Source: Actinomycetota bacterium (GTDB taxonomy: Bacteria > Actinomycetota > Acidimicrobiia > Acidimicrobiales > CADCSY01). From it: a stretch of 55,051 nt of DNA. The stretch lies in assembly GCA_019348495.1 (NCBI GenBank), contig JAHWJI010000003.1, positions 1 to 55,051 on the forward strand, read 5' to 3'. Made by a program: the position numbers and the translations under genes. Below are positions 1-11,922 of the stretch, one piece after another (within the stretch, counting starts at the first letter, position 1; each line of letters opens with the position of its first letter). The notes under the pieces were generated by a model that did not search any database, was not told the origin of the DNA, and saw nothing but the letters and a program-made list of their open reading frames with translations.

Positions 1-1
1 G

Positions 2-853
<852 letters not shown>

Positions 854-891
854 GCCGGTGGCGTCTTGCGCGAACGACCTCGTGCCGAGGG

Positions 892-3363
<2,472 letters not shown>

Positions 3364-3652
3364 CGGAACGAGTGCCTCCTTGTCGCTGGTGAGGGGTCGT
3401 GGGTGAGGGGTCGCTGGTGCGGGTTGCTTCCGTGCCGGCGTGCGCGGGGTGCGCTCGCCAGCCACGGCGTTCGAAGGGCGATGAAAGCTACGTTTCGAGA
3501 GCTTGAAAAGTCAAGTCCCGGCCAGGGTCACCGACGAATCGGCGCCACGTCCGTTGCCGCCGGGGCCTGGCCCACGCATGGGGAACGTTTGCCAGGTCGT
3601 TGGCGTTGCCCACAGGGAAGATCCCTCGTGGGCCAAGGAGGAGACCGCGACC

Positions 3653-4510
3653 ATGGCGAAGAACACCTTCAAGACCTTCGTCCTGCTGGCCGGCCTCACC
3701 GGGTTGTTGGTGGCGGTCGGTGGTTGGATCGGCAGCGCCACCGGCGCCACCATCATGCTCCTCGTCAGCTTTGCCATGGTGGCCGGCTCCTACTGGTTCT
3801 CCGACAGGCTGGCCATCAGGGCGGCCCGGGCCGTACCCGCGACCGAAGCCGAGATGCCGCAGTACTTCGCCATCGTGCGGGAGCTGAGCCAAGGCGCGGG
3901 CATGCCCATGCCCCGTCTCTACGTCACCCCCGATTTGCAGCCCAACGCCTTCGCCACCGGGCGCGACCCGCAGCACGCGGCGGTGGCCGTCACCCGTGGG
4001 ATCCTCGAGATCTGCGACTGGGACGAGTTGCGGGCGGTCCTTGCCCATGAGCTCAGCCACGTGGGCAACCGCGACATCCTCATCGGCTCGGTGGCCGCGG
4101 CGATCGCTACGGCCGTCACCTACCTGGCCTACATGGCCCAGTGGGCGGCCATCTTCGGCGGCGGTGGTCGCGACGACGACAGCCCCAACCCCATCGCCCT
4201 TCTCGCCACCGCCCTGCTGGCCCCGTTGGCCGCCGGGTTGTTGCAGGCCGCCCTCAGCCGCAACCGGGAGTTCGAGGCCGACCGTAGCGGCGCCCGCCTC
4301 ATCGGCACCGGCGAGCCCCTGGCCCGGGCCTTGCTCAAGTTGGAGCAGGGAGCCCGGTCCATCCCCATGGACGTCCAGCCCAGCCAAGCCCAGGCCTACA
4401 TCGTCAACCCGTTGAGCGGTCGTCGCATCCAGTTCGCCAACCTGTTCCGCACCCATCCGCCCACCGAGGACCGGGTGGCCCGGCTGCGGTCCCAGGAGTG
4501 GGCCAGATAG
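3653..4510 (+). CDS. htpX: M48-family zinc metalloprotease HtpX
   Basis: HELSHVGNRD (HExxH) motif, TM segments, C-terminal NLFRTHPPTEDRV; ATG 3653 preceded by AAGGAGGAG. Confidence 0.9.
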   Translation: MAKNTFKTFVLLAGLTGLLVAVGGWIGSATGATIMLLVSFAMVAGSYWFSDRLAIRAARAVPATEAEMPQYFAIVRELSQGAGMPMPRLYVTPDLQPNAFATGRDPQHAAVAVTRGILEICDWDELRAVLAHELSHVGNRDILIGSVAAAIATAVTYLAYMAQWAAIFGGGGRDDDSPNPIALLATALLAPLAAGLLQAALSRNREFEADRSGARLIGTGEPLARALLKLEQGARSIPMDVQPSQAQAYIVNPLSGRRIQFANLFRTHPPTEDRVARLRSQEWAR

Positions 4511-4580
4511 AGCGTGGAAACCCCGCGACGTCACGGGGAGTGGCGGAGACCTGACTGCATGGTGTAGAAACCTGACGCTC

Positions 4581-5723
4581 ATGTCGTCCGGATCATCTGC
4601 TCGTAGGCGTGCCATCGTCGTGGTGGTGCTGGTCCTGGCCTCGCTGGGCACCTCGGGCACCTGGTCGGCGGGTGCGTCGGACTGCCTGCTCGGCGTGTGC
4701 CTGGACCACGACACCACCCCCCCGACCCCATCTCCTCCGCCCCCCGGGGAATCGCCGGCGCCGGGACCGCCGCCGCAGCCGGCGCCCAAGCCCGGTGACC
4801 CCGTGGGCCCAGCGCCAGCGCCGGCCGCGGTCCCGCCCGGCCCCGGTGGCGCACCGCCCGTCCCGGGGGAGCCGCCCCCGCCCCCGCCCCTGCCCGGCGA
4901 CGGTGAGGAGCCTCCGGCGGACGCCGGGCCGTTTCCCGAGAACCTGCGCCGCCTGCAGAACTCGGTGAAGCGCAGTGGCGCCAGCAACACGAAGGCCCTG
5001 ATGGAGGCGCTGGCGCCGCTCGGTGACTACGGCGTCAGTCCCGAGGAGGCCGCCCTGATCGGCTTCGGTCGCTTCCCTGTGGCCGGCCAGGCCAACTACA
5101 CCCACGACTGGTGGTTCCCCCGCTTCGGCCCGGGCTGGCGCCTGCACATGGGTACCGACATCTTCGCGGCCATGGGTGCCCCGGTGCGCTCACCCAGCGA
5201 GGGCAAGGTCCGCATCACCAACGGCGGCCTTGGGGGCCTGGCCGTCTACGTGGTCGAGCCCGACGGCACCTTCTGGTACCTGGCCCACCTCTCGGGATTG
5301 GCCGAGGGCCTCAGCCAGGGCACTCCCGTCACCGTGGGCCAGGTCGTCGGCTTCGTCGGCGACTCGGGCAACGCCAGGGGAGGCTCACCCCACGTCCACG
5401 CCGAGTACCACCCCCGCGGCGGGGCTGCCGTGGACCCCAAGGCCATCCTCGACCAGTTCCTGGCCGACGCCGTGGCCGAGGCGCCCGCCCTGATCCAGCG
5501 CTACGCCGACGCCGCCGGCGCCGCCGCCGGCGCCCAGCTGGACTTGCCCGGCCTGGAGCCGCCAGGACGAGCCACGGAACCCGTGGTGGAAGCGCCCCGG
5601 TCCGCCCTTTTGTGGGCGTCGGCGATGAGCCCGAGCGGTGGCGCCCTGGCCCTGGCCGAGGCCGAGGCGGCGCGCATCGCCGGCACCGTCGAGTGGGAGA
5701 GCGTCAGTCGCGGAAGTTCTTGA
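4581..5723 (+). CDS. secreted or anchored M23 (LytM-type) peptidase with Pro-rich linker
   Basis: N-terminal hydrophobic segment, about 70-aa Pro-rich tract, HMGTD (HxxxD) and HVHAE (HxH) M23 motifs. Confidence 0.8.
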   Translation: MSSGSSARRRAIVVVVLVLASLGTSGTWSAGASDCLLGVCLDHDTTPPTPSPPPPGESPAPGPPPQPAPKPGDPVGPAPAPAAVPPGPGGAPPVPGEPPPPPPLPGDGEEPPADAGPFPENLRRLQNSVKRSGASNTKALMEALAPLGDYGVSPEEAALIGFGRFPVAGQANYTHDWWFPRFGPGWRLHMGTDIFAAMGAPVRSPSEGKVRITNGGLGGLAVYVVEPDGTFWYLAHLSGLAEGLSQGTPVTVGQVVGFVGDSGNARGGSPHVHAEYHPRGGAAVDPKAILDQFLADAVAEAPALIQRYADAAGAAAGAQLDLPGLEPPGRATEPVVEAPRSALLWASAMSPSGGALALAEAEAARIAGTVEWESVSRGSS

Positions 5724-6192
5724 ACTGCAGGGGCAGGTCGACCTCGGCCTCTTTGAGGGCGGCGATGACCGCCTGTAGGTCGTCACGCTTCTTGCCCGTC
5801 ACCCGGACGGAGTCGGCTTGGGTCTGGGACTGGATGCCCTTGAGCCCGAGGCCCTTGATGCGCTTGTGCAGGTCCCGGGCGGTGTCGCTGGAGATCCCGG
5901 CGCGCAGTCCCGCCTCCTGGCGCACGGTCGACCCGGCCGCCTCCTCCACCCGGCCCCAGTCGAGGATCTTGAGCGACAGCTTGCGGCGGACGAACTTCTC
6001 CTCCACCACCTGACGCAGGGCAGCCAGGCGGTCCTCCGTGCCCGAGCGCAGGGTGATCTCCTCCTTGCCCAGCTCGATGTCGGACCCGGTGTTCTTGAAG
6101 TCGAAGCGGGTGGTGACCTCACGCCGGGCCTGGTCCACGGCGTTGCGCACCTCCTGCTCGTCGACCTCTGAAACCACGTCGAAGCTCGGCAC
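5704..6192 (-). CDS. yajQ: YajQ-family (UPF0234) nucleotide-binding protein
   Basis: MPSFDVVSEVDxQEVxNAVDQAxREVxxRFDFK N-terminus and about 160 aa length are typical of YajQ; GTG start; 3' end overlaps the M23 gene by 20 nt (convergent). Confidence 0.85.
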   Translation of the reverse strand: MPSFDVVSEVDEQEVRNAVDQARREVTTRFDFKNTGSDIELGKEEITLRSGTEDRLAALRQVVEEKFVRRKLSLKILDWGRVEEAAGSTVRQEAGLRAGISSDTARDLHKRIKGLGLKGIQSQTQADSVRVTGKKRDDLQAVIAALKEAEVDLPLQFKNFRD

Positions 6193-6219
6193 TGCCCCAC
6201 GCTATCGTGGCCCCTCCAC

Positions 6220-6301
6220 GGGTCGGTACCCAAGCGGCCAAAGGGAGCAGGCTGTAAACCTGCCGGCATAGCCTACGGAGGTTCGAATCCTCCCCGGCCC
6301 A
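6220..6301 (+). tRNA. tRNA-Tyr (anticodon GTA)
   Basis: Hand-folded cloverleaf. Acceptor GGGTCGG/CCGGCCC, anticodon stem GCAGG/CCTGC with loop CTGTAAA, long variable arm, T arm GGAGG-TTCGAAT-CCTCC. CCA not encoded. Confidence 0.85.
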
Positions 6302-6321
6302 CCCACTCGCCCTCGACGTCC

Positions 6322-6810
6322 TCACAAGAGGCGCTGCATGACGACGATGTCGAGCCAGCGCCCGAACTTGCGACCGACCTGGCGCTCGGTGCCCACCACG
6401 GCGAAGCCATGGCGGCGATGGAGCGCCATCGACGCCTGGTGGCCCCCCACGATACGGGCCATCATGGCGTGGAAGCCGTGGGCCGAGGCCACCGTCACCA
6501 ACTCGGCCAGGACCAGCGAACCCACGCCCGTGCCCTGGTGACCCCGGTGCACGTACACCGAGTCCTCCACGGTGGTCCGGTAGGCGGGCCGGTCCCTGTA
6601 GGGCGACAGTGCCCCGAAGCCGACCACCTGACCGTCCTCGGCGGTGGCCACGACCACGGCGTGGGCGCCCGAACGGTGAGCCAGCCACTCCTGCTGCTCG
6701 CGCCGGCTCCGGGGCACCAGGTCGAAGGTGGCCGTGGAGGTGGTCACCTCGAGGTTGTAGATGGCTCGGATGGGCTCGGCGTCGTCGGTTCGGGCCGGAC
6801 GGACCTCCAC
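6322..6810 (-). CDS. GNAT-family N-acetyltransferase (phosphinothricin acetyltransferase-like)
   Basis: 162 aa with IRAIYN..., VYVHRGHQGTGVGSLVL, HGFxAMMARI and GRKFGRWLD motifs resembling PAT/GNAT acetyltransferases. Confidence 0.8.
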   Translation of the reverse strand: MEVRPARTDDAEPIRAIYNLEVTTSTATFDLVPRSRREQQEWLAHRSGAHAVVVATAEDGQVVGFGALSPYRDRPAYRTTVEDSVYVHRGHQGTGVGSLVLAELVTVASAHGFHAMMARIVGGHQASMALHRRHGFAVVGTERQVGRKFGRWLDIVVMQRLL

Positions 6811-6857
6811 GAGCCCAGCAGGCTACCGGTGACGCTCCGATATGCTCGGCCTCCCGC

Positions 6858-6930
6858 GCCCCCTTAGCTCAGTCGGTAGAGCGTTTCCATGGTAAGGAAA
6901 AGGTCGTCAGTTCGATTCTGACAGGGGGCT
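6858..6930 (+). tRNA. tRNA-Thr (anticodon GGT)
   Basis: Cloverleaf. Acceptor GCCCCCT/AGGGGGC, D arm GCTC..GAGC, anticodon loop ATGGTAA, T arm GTCAG-TTCGATT-CTGAC. Confidence 0.9.
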
Positions 6931-6976
6931 CAGGGACCGGAGGGTCCCCAGGACTGGGGGAGACCTCGGGCCTCGT

Positions 6977-7053
6977 GGCGGCGTAGCTCAGTTGGTGAGA
7001 GCACTCGGCTCATAATCGAGGGGTCGCCGGTTCGAGTCCGGCCGCCGCTACCA
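6977..7053 (+). tRNA. tRNA-Met (anticodon CAT), elongator type, CCA encoded
   Basis: Acceptor GGCGGCG/CGCCGCT, anticodon loop CTCATAA, T arm GCCGG-TTCGAGT-CCGGC, 3' ACCA. The anticodon stem lacks the GGG/CCC run of initiator tRNA. Confidence 0.85.
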
Positions 7054-7115
7054 CACATCGGATCACTTCCAGCGGGCATCATTGGAAAAGCGCAAGGAAA
7101 AGGGGAACGAACGTC

Positions 7116-7277
7116 ATGGCCAGCGACAAGCGGGTGAAGGTGACCCTCGCCTGCGAGGTGTGCAAGCGGCGCAACTACATCACCAAGAAGAACAAGCAGA
7201 ACGATCGCGAGCGGATCCAGCTGCAGAAGTACTGCCGCTGGGACCGCCGGCACACGACCCACCGGGAGACCCGATAG
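7116..7277 (+). CDS. rpmG: 50S ribosomal protein L33
   Basis: 53-aa ORF below the track cutoff: [53 protein letters not shown]; purine-rich AAGGAAAAGGGGAA upstream. Confidence 0.9.
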   Translation: MASDKRVKVTLACEVCKRRNYITKKNKQNDRERIQLQKYCRWDRRHTTHRETR

Positions 7278-7330
7278 CCATCGATCCCACCGACGTAACC
7301 CCAGGTGTGCCGCCCGGGTCCAACTCCGCG

Positions 7331-7930
7331 ATGAGCGAGACCCTGGAGCGCTCCCAGACCCTGGTGGCAGCCGCCCGCGAGGGTGATCGGGGCGCGTTCG
7401 AGGAGCTGGTGCGGCTCACCTCGGCCGACACCTACACCCTCGCCTTCCGGCTGATGGGCGACGAGGACGACGCTCGGGACGTGGTCCAGGAGGCCTACCT
7501 GCGGGCCTATCGCGGCATCTCGAAGTTCCGGGGCGACGCCCGCTTCACCACCTGGATGTACCGCATCACCGCCAACTGCGCGGTCACCCAACTCGAGCGG
7601 CGCAAGCGCCATCGTCACGAGGAGCTGGCCGTCGACGCCCCATTGGCCGACGGCAGCGCCGAACGAGACCCCCAGGCCCGGGCCGACGTCAGCGCGCTGC
7701 GCGACGAGCTGAGCCAGGCCCTCCAGGAGCTCCCGCCCCGCCTGCGTGCGGTCGTGGTGCTGCGCGACATCTACGACCTGCCCCACGAGGCCATCGCGGC
7801 CGAGCTGGGGATCACCGCGACGGCGGCGAAGGTTCGCCTGCACCGGGCCCGGGCCCGTTTGCGCGAGCGACTCTTCCCCGCCCCCAAGGTGACGCTGCCC
7901 ACCGAGGAGGTGGGTACCTGTGCGGTGTGA
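7331..7930 (+). CDS. ECF-type RNA polymerase sigma-70 family factor
   Basis: Region 2 (DDARDVVQEAYLRAYRGISKFRGDARFTTWMYRI) and region 4 (LPPRLRAVVVLRDIYDLPHEAIAAELGITATAAKVRLHRAR) are recognisable; start set at ATG 7331. Confidence 0.85.
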   Translation: MSETLERSQTLVAAAREGDRGAFEELVRLTSADTYTLAFRLMGDEDDARDVVQEAYLRAYRGISKFRGDARFTTWMYRITANCAVTQLERRKRHRHEELAVDAPLADGSAERDPQARADVSALRDELSQALQELPPRLRAVVVLRDIYDLPHEAIAAELGITATAAKVRLHRARARLRERLFPAPKVTLPTEEVGTCAV

Positions 7931-8282
7931 GGAGCTGGCGGGGATGGTGTCGACCACGGCCGACGGAGTCGCCGTCGACGACTGGCGGGGTCGTCGCCAC
8001 GTGGAGACGTGCCTACGTTGCCAGGCCGAGCTGGTGCGCTACCGCCGCTTGTTGCGCACCTTGCGCACGTTGCGGACCGATCTTTTCGATCCTGGTCCGG
8101 GGCTCGTGGCCGACGTGCTCGCCTCCCTGGAGGAGGCGGGGGAGCGCCACCTGCTGCGCTCGTTGTTGAGCGGCCACCGGGTGGCCTACGTCGGGGGGCT
8201 GGCGGTGGCCACCGCCGGGGCGGCCGGTGCGCTCGTCATCGCCTCCCGGTCACGCGGTCGCCGGGTTCCCCTCGCCGGCTGA
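7920..8282 (+). CDS. zinc-binding (ZAS-type) anti-sigma factor, single C-terminal TM
   Basis: HVETCLRC matches HxxxCxxC; overlaps the sigma gene stop by 11 nt; hydrophobic VAYVGGLAVATAGAAGALVIA segment. Confidence 0.7.
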   Translation: MRCEELAGMVSTTADGVAVDDWRGRRHVETCLRCQAELVRYRRLLRTLRTLRTDLFDPGPGLVADVLASLEEAGERHLLRSLLSGHRVAYVGGLAVATAGAAGALVIASRSRGRRVPLAG

Positions 8283-8319
8283 TCGTCCCACCCGCTATCC
8301 TCGTCTGCGACCCTCCCGG

Positions 8320-8393
8320 AGGGCAGTAGCTCAATTTGGCAGAGCACCGGTCTCCAAAACCGGCGGTTGGGGGTTCGAGTCCCTCCTGCCCTG
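8320..8393 (+). tRNA. tRNA-Trp (anticodon CCA)
   Basis: Acceptor AGGGCAG/CTGCCCT, anticodon stem CCGGT/ACCGG with loop CTCCAAA, T arm GGGGG-TTCGAGT-CCCTC. Confidence 0.9.
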
Positions 8394-8446
8394 CTGGCCC
8401 CGGCCCTCGACCTCCTCCCAGCCGACGACGACGGTAGTGGTGCGAC

Positions 8447-8755
8447 ATGGCGATGAACCGACAGACCAAGCGAATGCTGCAGCGCCAGGGTGAGCTCGGC
8501 CCCGACGGAGAACCGGCACGGGCCAAGCCCAAGCAGCAGGCCCGACCCGCCCCCCGGCCGGCCAAGGAGCGCACCAGTCCCAAGGAGTACCTGCACGAGG
8601 TCCGCACCGAGTTGCGCAAGGTGGCCTGGCCCAGTCGAGCCGAGGTCGTCCGCTACTCGGGCATCGTGCTGTTCGCGCTCGTGGTGCTCACGACCTTCAT
8701 CTTCGGACTCGACTACGCCTTCGCCGAGAGCGTCTTCTTCCTCTTCGGGGGCTGA
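8447..8755 (+). CDS. secE: preprotein translocase subunit SecE
   Basis: EVRTELRKVAWPSRAEV followed by one TM helix; position after tRNA-Trp and before nusG. Confidence 0.85.
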   Translation: MAMNRQTKRMLQRQGELGPDGEPARAKPKQQARPAPRPAKERTSPKEYLHEVRTELRKVAWPSRAEVVRYSGIVLFALVVLTTFIFGLDYAFAESVFFLFGG

Positions 8756-8758
8756 TCC

Positions 8759-9565
8759 ATGACCGACCACACACCAGACCACACACCAGACGACACCGGC
8801 GACGACACGGGCCCGGCCCACGGCATGACCGCCGGGGAGGCAGCGGCCATCCTGGGCGGAGACGGCGCCGGCGGCGCCGCAGCCGGCGAGATCCTCGCCC
8901 CTGAGGGCCGTTCCGACGCCCCGGTCGCCGAGGACCAGGTCGCCCACGCCGGCGACGACGTGGAGGTGGTCGACGCCGAGGACCTCATCGCCGAGGTCCC
9001 TCGCCGCCAGAGCCCCTACGACCGTCCGGGCGACTGGTACGTGGTCCACACCCAGTCGGGCTACGAGAACAAGGTCAAGTCCAACGTGCAGAGCCGCATC
9101 GCGTCGATGGGGATGGAGGACTCGATCTTCGAGGTGGCCATCCCCATGGAAGACGTCATCGAGTTCAAGGGTGGCAAGAAGGTCGTGGTACAGAAGAAGG
9201 TCTACCCCGGGTACCTTTACCTGCGGTGCTTCCTCGACGACCGTTCCTGGGACGTCATCCGCAACACGCCGGGGGTGACGGGGTTCGTCGGCGGTGCGGG
9301 CAAGCCCCTGCCGCTGTCGAGATCCGACGTGGAGGCCGCTCTGGCCCAGCCCGACGAGGTCGGCGGCCCGATCACGACCAGGCAGCGTCCTAGGTTGGAG
9401 TACGAGGTGGGCGAGAGCGTGCGGGTCCGCCAGGGCCCCTTCGCCGACTTCTCCGGCCAGATCGCCGACATCAACGAGGATCAGCTCAAGGTGAAGGTGC
9501 TGGTCAACATCTTCGGTCGGGAGACCCCGGTCGAGTTGGAGTTCAGCGAGATAGCCAAGCTGTAA
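8759..9565 (+). CDS. nusG: transcription termination/antitermination factor NusG (acidic N-terminal extension)
   Basis: WYVVHTQSGYENKVKSN NGN domain and C-terminal KOW (GESVRVRQGPFADFSGQIADIN). Confidence 0.92.
   Translation: MTDHTPDHTPDDTGDDTGPAHGMTAGEAAAILGGDGAGGAAAGEILAPEGRSDAPVAEDQVAHAGDDVEVVDAEDLIAEVPRRQSPYDRPGDWYVVHTQSGYENKVKSNVQSRIASMGMEDSIFEVAIPMEDVIEFKGGKKVVVQKKVYPGYLYLRCFLDDRSWDVIRNTPGVTGFVGGAGKPLPLSRSDVEAALAQPDEVGGPITTRQRPRLEYEVGESVRVRQGPFADFSGQIADINEDQLKVKVLVNIFGRETPVELEFSEIAKL
8765..8812 (+). repeat. 12-bp tandem repeats inside the nusG 5' end (GACCACACACCA x2, GACGACACSGGC x2)
   Basis: Read directly; encodes DHTP-DHTP-DDTG-DDTG. Confidence 0.85.
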
Positions 9566-9580
9566 AGAGCAAGGGAGCAC

Positions 9581-10009
9581 ATGGCAAAGAAGAGGGTGGC
9601 CACCGTGGTCAAGATCCAGATACCTGCCGGCGCGGCGACGCCCGCGCCCCCGGTGGGCACCGCGCTGGGTCCCCACGGCGTGGCGATCATGGACTTCTGC
9701 AAGGCCTACAACGCTGCCACCGAGGCCCAGCGCGGCACCATCGTCCCGGTGGAGATCACGGTGTTCGAGGACCGCTCGTTCACCTTCGTCCTCAAGACCC
9801 CGCCCACGGCCGTGCTCATCCGTGACGCGCTGGGCCTGGCGAAGGGTTCGCAGAACCCCGGGCGGGAGCAGGCCGGGACCATCACCGACGAGCAGGTCAG
9901 CGACATCGCCCGGACCAAGCTGCCCGACCTCAACGCCAACGACCTCGATGCGGCCAAGCTCCAGGTCGAGGGCACCGCCCGCTCCATGGGCATCAAGGTG
10001 GCACCATGA
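9581..10009 (+). CDS. rplK: 50S ribosomal protein L11
   Basis: [35 protein letters not shown] motif. Confidence 0.95.
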   Translation: MAKKRVATVVKIQIPAGAATPAPPVGTALGPHGVAIMDFCKAYNAATEAQRGTIVPVEITVFEDRSFTFVLKTPPTAVLIRDALGLAKGSQNPGREQAGTITDEQVSDIARTKLPDLNANDLDAAKLQVEGTARSMGIKVAP

Positions 10010-10722
10010 GCCCCCCCGGCAAGCGCTACCGCGACGCTGCCCGTCGGTTCGACCCCGAGCGACTCCACAGCCCGCTCGAGGCGGTCGAGTTGGCCAAGCG
10101 ACTGGCCACGGCCCGCTTCGACGAGACCATCGAGGTGGCGGTGCAACTCGGGGTCGACCCCCGCAAACCCGACCAGCAGGTGCGTGGCACCGTCTCCCTG
10201 CCTGCGGGCACCGGCAAGGAGGTGCGGGTGGCGGTGTTCGCCACCGGTGAGGCCGCCGCCGAGGCCCGGGCCGCCGGCGCCGATCTGGTCGGCGCCGACG
10301 ACCTCATCGCCCAGGTCCAGGCAGGGATGCTCGATTTCGACGTGGCCATCGCCACGCCGGATCAGATGGCCCAGGTGGCCCGCCTGGGCCGCACCCTGGG
10401 CCCCCGGGGCCTGATGCCCAACCCCAAGACCGGCACGGTGACCACCGACGTGGCCCGGGCCGTGGAGGAGTTCAAGGCCGGGCGGGTCGAGTACCGCACC
10501 GAGCGCCAGGGCGCCAACGTGCACGTGCCCATCGGACGGGCGAGCTTCAGCACCGATGCGCTCATGGCCAACTTCGCCGCCCTGGTGGACGAGCTCCACC
10601 GGGTCAAGCCGGCATCGTCGAAGGGGCGCTACATCAGGCGGGTGAGCGTGTCATCGACGATGGGACCCGGCATAAGGGTCGACCCCGCCCTGGTCCAGGC
10701 CGGCGCCCTGGCCCCTGCCTAG
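10006..10722 (+). CDS. rplA: 50S ribosomal protein L1
   Basis: ATGA overlap with rplK; [29 protein letters not shown] motif. Confidence 0.95.
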   Translation: MSPPGKRYRDAARRFDPERLHSPLEAVELAKRLATARFDETIEVAVQLGVDPRKPDQQVRGTVSLPAGTGKEVRVAVFATGEAAAEARAAGADLVGADDLIAQVQAGMLDFDVAIATPDQMAQVARLGRTLGPRGLMPNPKTGTVTTDVARAVEEFKAGRVEYRTERQGANVHVPIGRASFSTDALMANFAALVDELHRVKPASSKGRYIRRVSVSSTMGPGIRVDPALVQAGALAPA

Positions 10723-10918
10723 CGCCCGGCCGCCCGGTGCCCGCTACGCCTCGGCGAGCGGAGTGAGCTGCTATGGTGGCACCACAACTCGACTCTGCTC
10801 GCCGCAGACCTCCGGTGCGCGCCCAGCGCGTAAACGGGATGCTTCCCGTACCTGACGAGGCGAACTCCACGTTCCCGGGGTTCGCGTCGGCGCGAGCCCC
10901 GATGGCGTTTTTGAGGAC
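10723..10918 (+). promoter_or_regulatory. putative rplJ (L10) leader with terminator-like hairpin plus T5
   Basis: 196-nt untranslated gap. GGGGTTCGCG-TCGG-CGCGAGCCCC stem (10877-10900) is followed by TTTTT (10908-10912) just before the rplJ start. Confidence 0.4.
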
Positions 10919-11500
10919 GTGATGGACGATCCCAGGCCGGAGAAGGTGGCGGTGGTCGAGGAGGTTCGCGGACGGCTGTCGGCGTCGGGTGCCACCATCT
11001 TGACCGAGTACCGCGGCCTGAAGGTCGCCGAGCTGGCCCAGCTCCGCCGCAACGTGGGCCAGGCGGGGGGCGACTACCGCGTCTACAAGAACACCTTGGT
11101 ACGACGGGCCGCCCAGTCGCTCGAGCTGGAGGGCCTCGAGTCCCTCCTGACCGGCCCCACCGCCCTGGCCTTTGTCACCGGCGATCCCGTCGAGGTGGCC
11201 AAGGTGTTGCGCGACTACGCCCGCGTCCATCCCGCCCTGGTGGTCAAGGGGGGCGTGCTCGGCACTCGGGCCCTGTCCGCCGACCAGACCAGGGCGCTGG
11301 CCGACGTGCCTCCCCGACCCGTCCTGCTGGCCCGCCTGGCCGGCGGCCTGGCCGCCCCCATGCAACAGCTGGCCGGGCTCCTCCAGGCCCTGCCCCGCAA
11401 CTTCGCCTACGGCCTCAAGGCCCTCGTCGACCAGCGGTCGGCGACTGGGCCCGGCGAGGTCCCGACCACCACCGATACCCCATCCCAGGAGAGTGCATGA
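10919..11500 (+). CDS. rplJ: 50S ribosomal protein L10
   Basis: [13 protein letters not shown]...[17 protein letters not shown] motif; GTG 10919 or ATG 10922. Confidence 0.92.
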   Translation: MMDDPRPEKVAVVEEVRGRLSASGATILTEYRGLKVAELAQLRRNVGQAGGDYRVYKNTLVRRAAQSLELEGLESLLTGPTALAFVTGDPVEVAKVLRDYARVHPALVVKGGVLGTRALSADQTRALADVPPRPVLLARLAGGLAAPMQQLAGLLQALPRNFAYGLKALVDQRSATGPGEVPTTTDTPSQESA

Positions 11501-11883
11501 TGGCAACCAAGGACGAGATCCTCGACGCGATCTCGGGCATGACCGTGCTCGAGCTGTCGGAGCTGCTCAAGGCCTTCGAGGAGCGCTTCGAGGTGACGGC
11601 CGCAGCGCCGGCCGCCGTGGCCGCTCCCGGAGGGGGCGGTGCCGAGTCCGCACCGCCGGCCGAGGAGGAGCAGGACGAGTTCGACGTCGTCCTCATCGCC
11701 GCCGGCGAGAAGAAGATCCAGGTCATCAAGGAGGTGCGCTCGCTCACCAGCCTCGGCCTCAAGGAGGCCAAGGATCTGGTCGACGGGGCTCCGAAGGCGG
11801 TGCTCGAGAAGGTGTCCAAGGAGGACGCCGAGAAGGCCCGGGCCGCCCTCGAGGGCGCCGGCGCCGGCGTGGAGGTCAAGTAG
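11497..11883 (+). CDS. rplL: 50S ribosomal protein L7/L12
   Basis: [24 protein letters not shown], Ala/Gly hinge, [23 protein letters not shown]; ATG 11497 or 11500. Confidence 0.95.
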   Translation: MMATKDEILDAISGMTVLELSELLKAFEERFEVTAAAPAAVAAPGGGGAESAPPAEEEQDEFDVVLIAAGEKKIQVIKEVRSLTSLGLKEAKDLVDGAPKAVLEKVSKEDAEKARAALEGAGAGVEVK

Positions 11884-11895
11884 CCGTTCCGGCGG

Positions 11896-11922
11896 GGAAG
11901 GTGGCGGCGGACGCCACCTTCC
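11896..11922 (+). terminator. hairpin downstream of rplL (attenuator or terminator candidate, no T-run)
   Basis: GGAAGGTGGCG / CGCCACCTTCC 11-bp perfect stem, 5-nt loop. Confidence 0.4.

Noticed and set aside
4511-4580. Possible c-di-AMP (ydaO-type) riboswitch upstream of the M23 peptidase (contains CACGGGGAG)
   Set aside because: The spacer is only 70 nt, too short for the roughly 130-nt pseudo-symmetric motif. The other conserved blocks I remember (GGUGAAUCC, CCGAA...) are not present.
6220-8393. Integrated mobile element at the tRNA cluster
   Set aside because: No integrase, transposase or duplicated tRNA 3' ends were seen. The inserted genes (a GNAT and a sigma/anti-sigma pair) have host-like codon usage.
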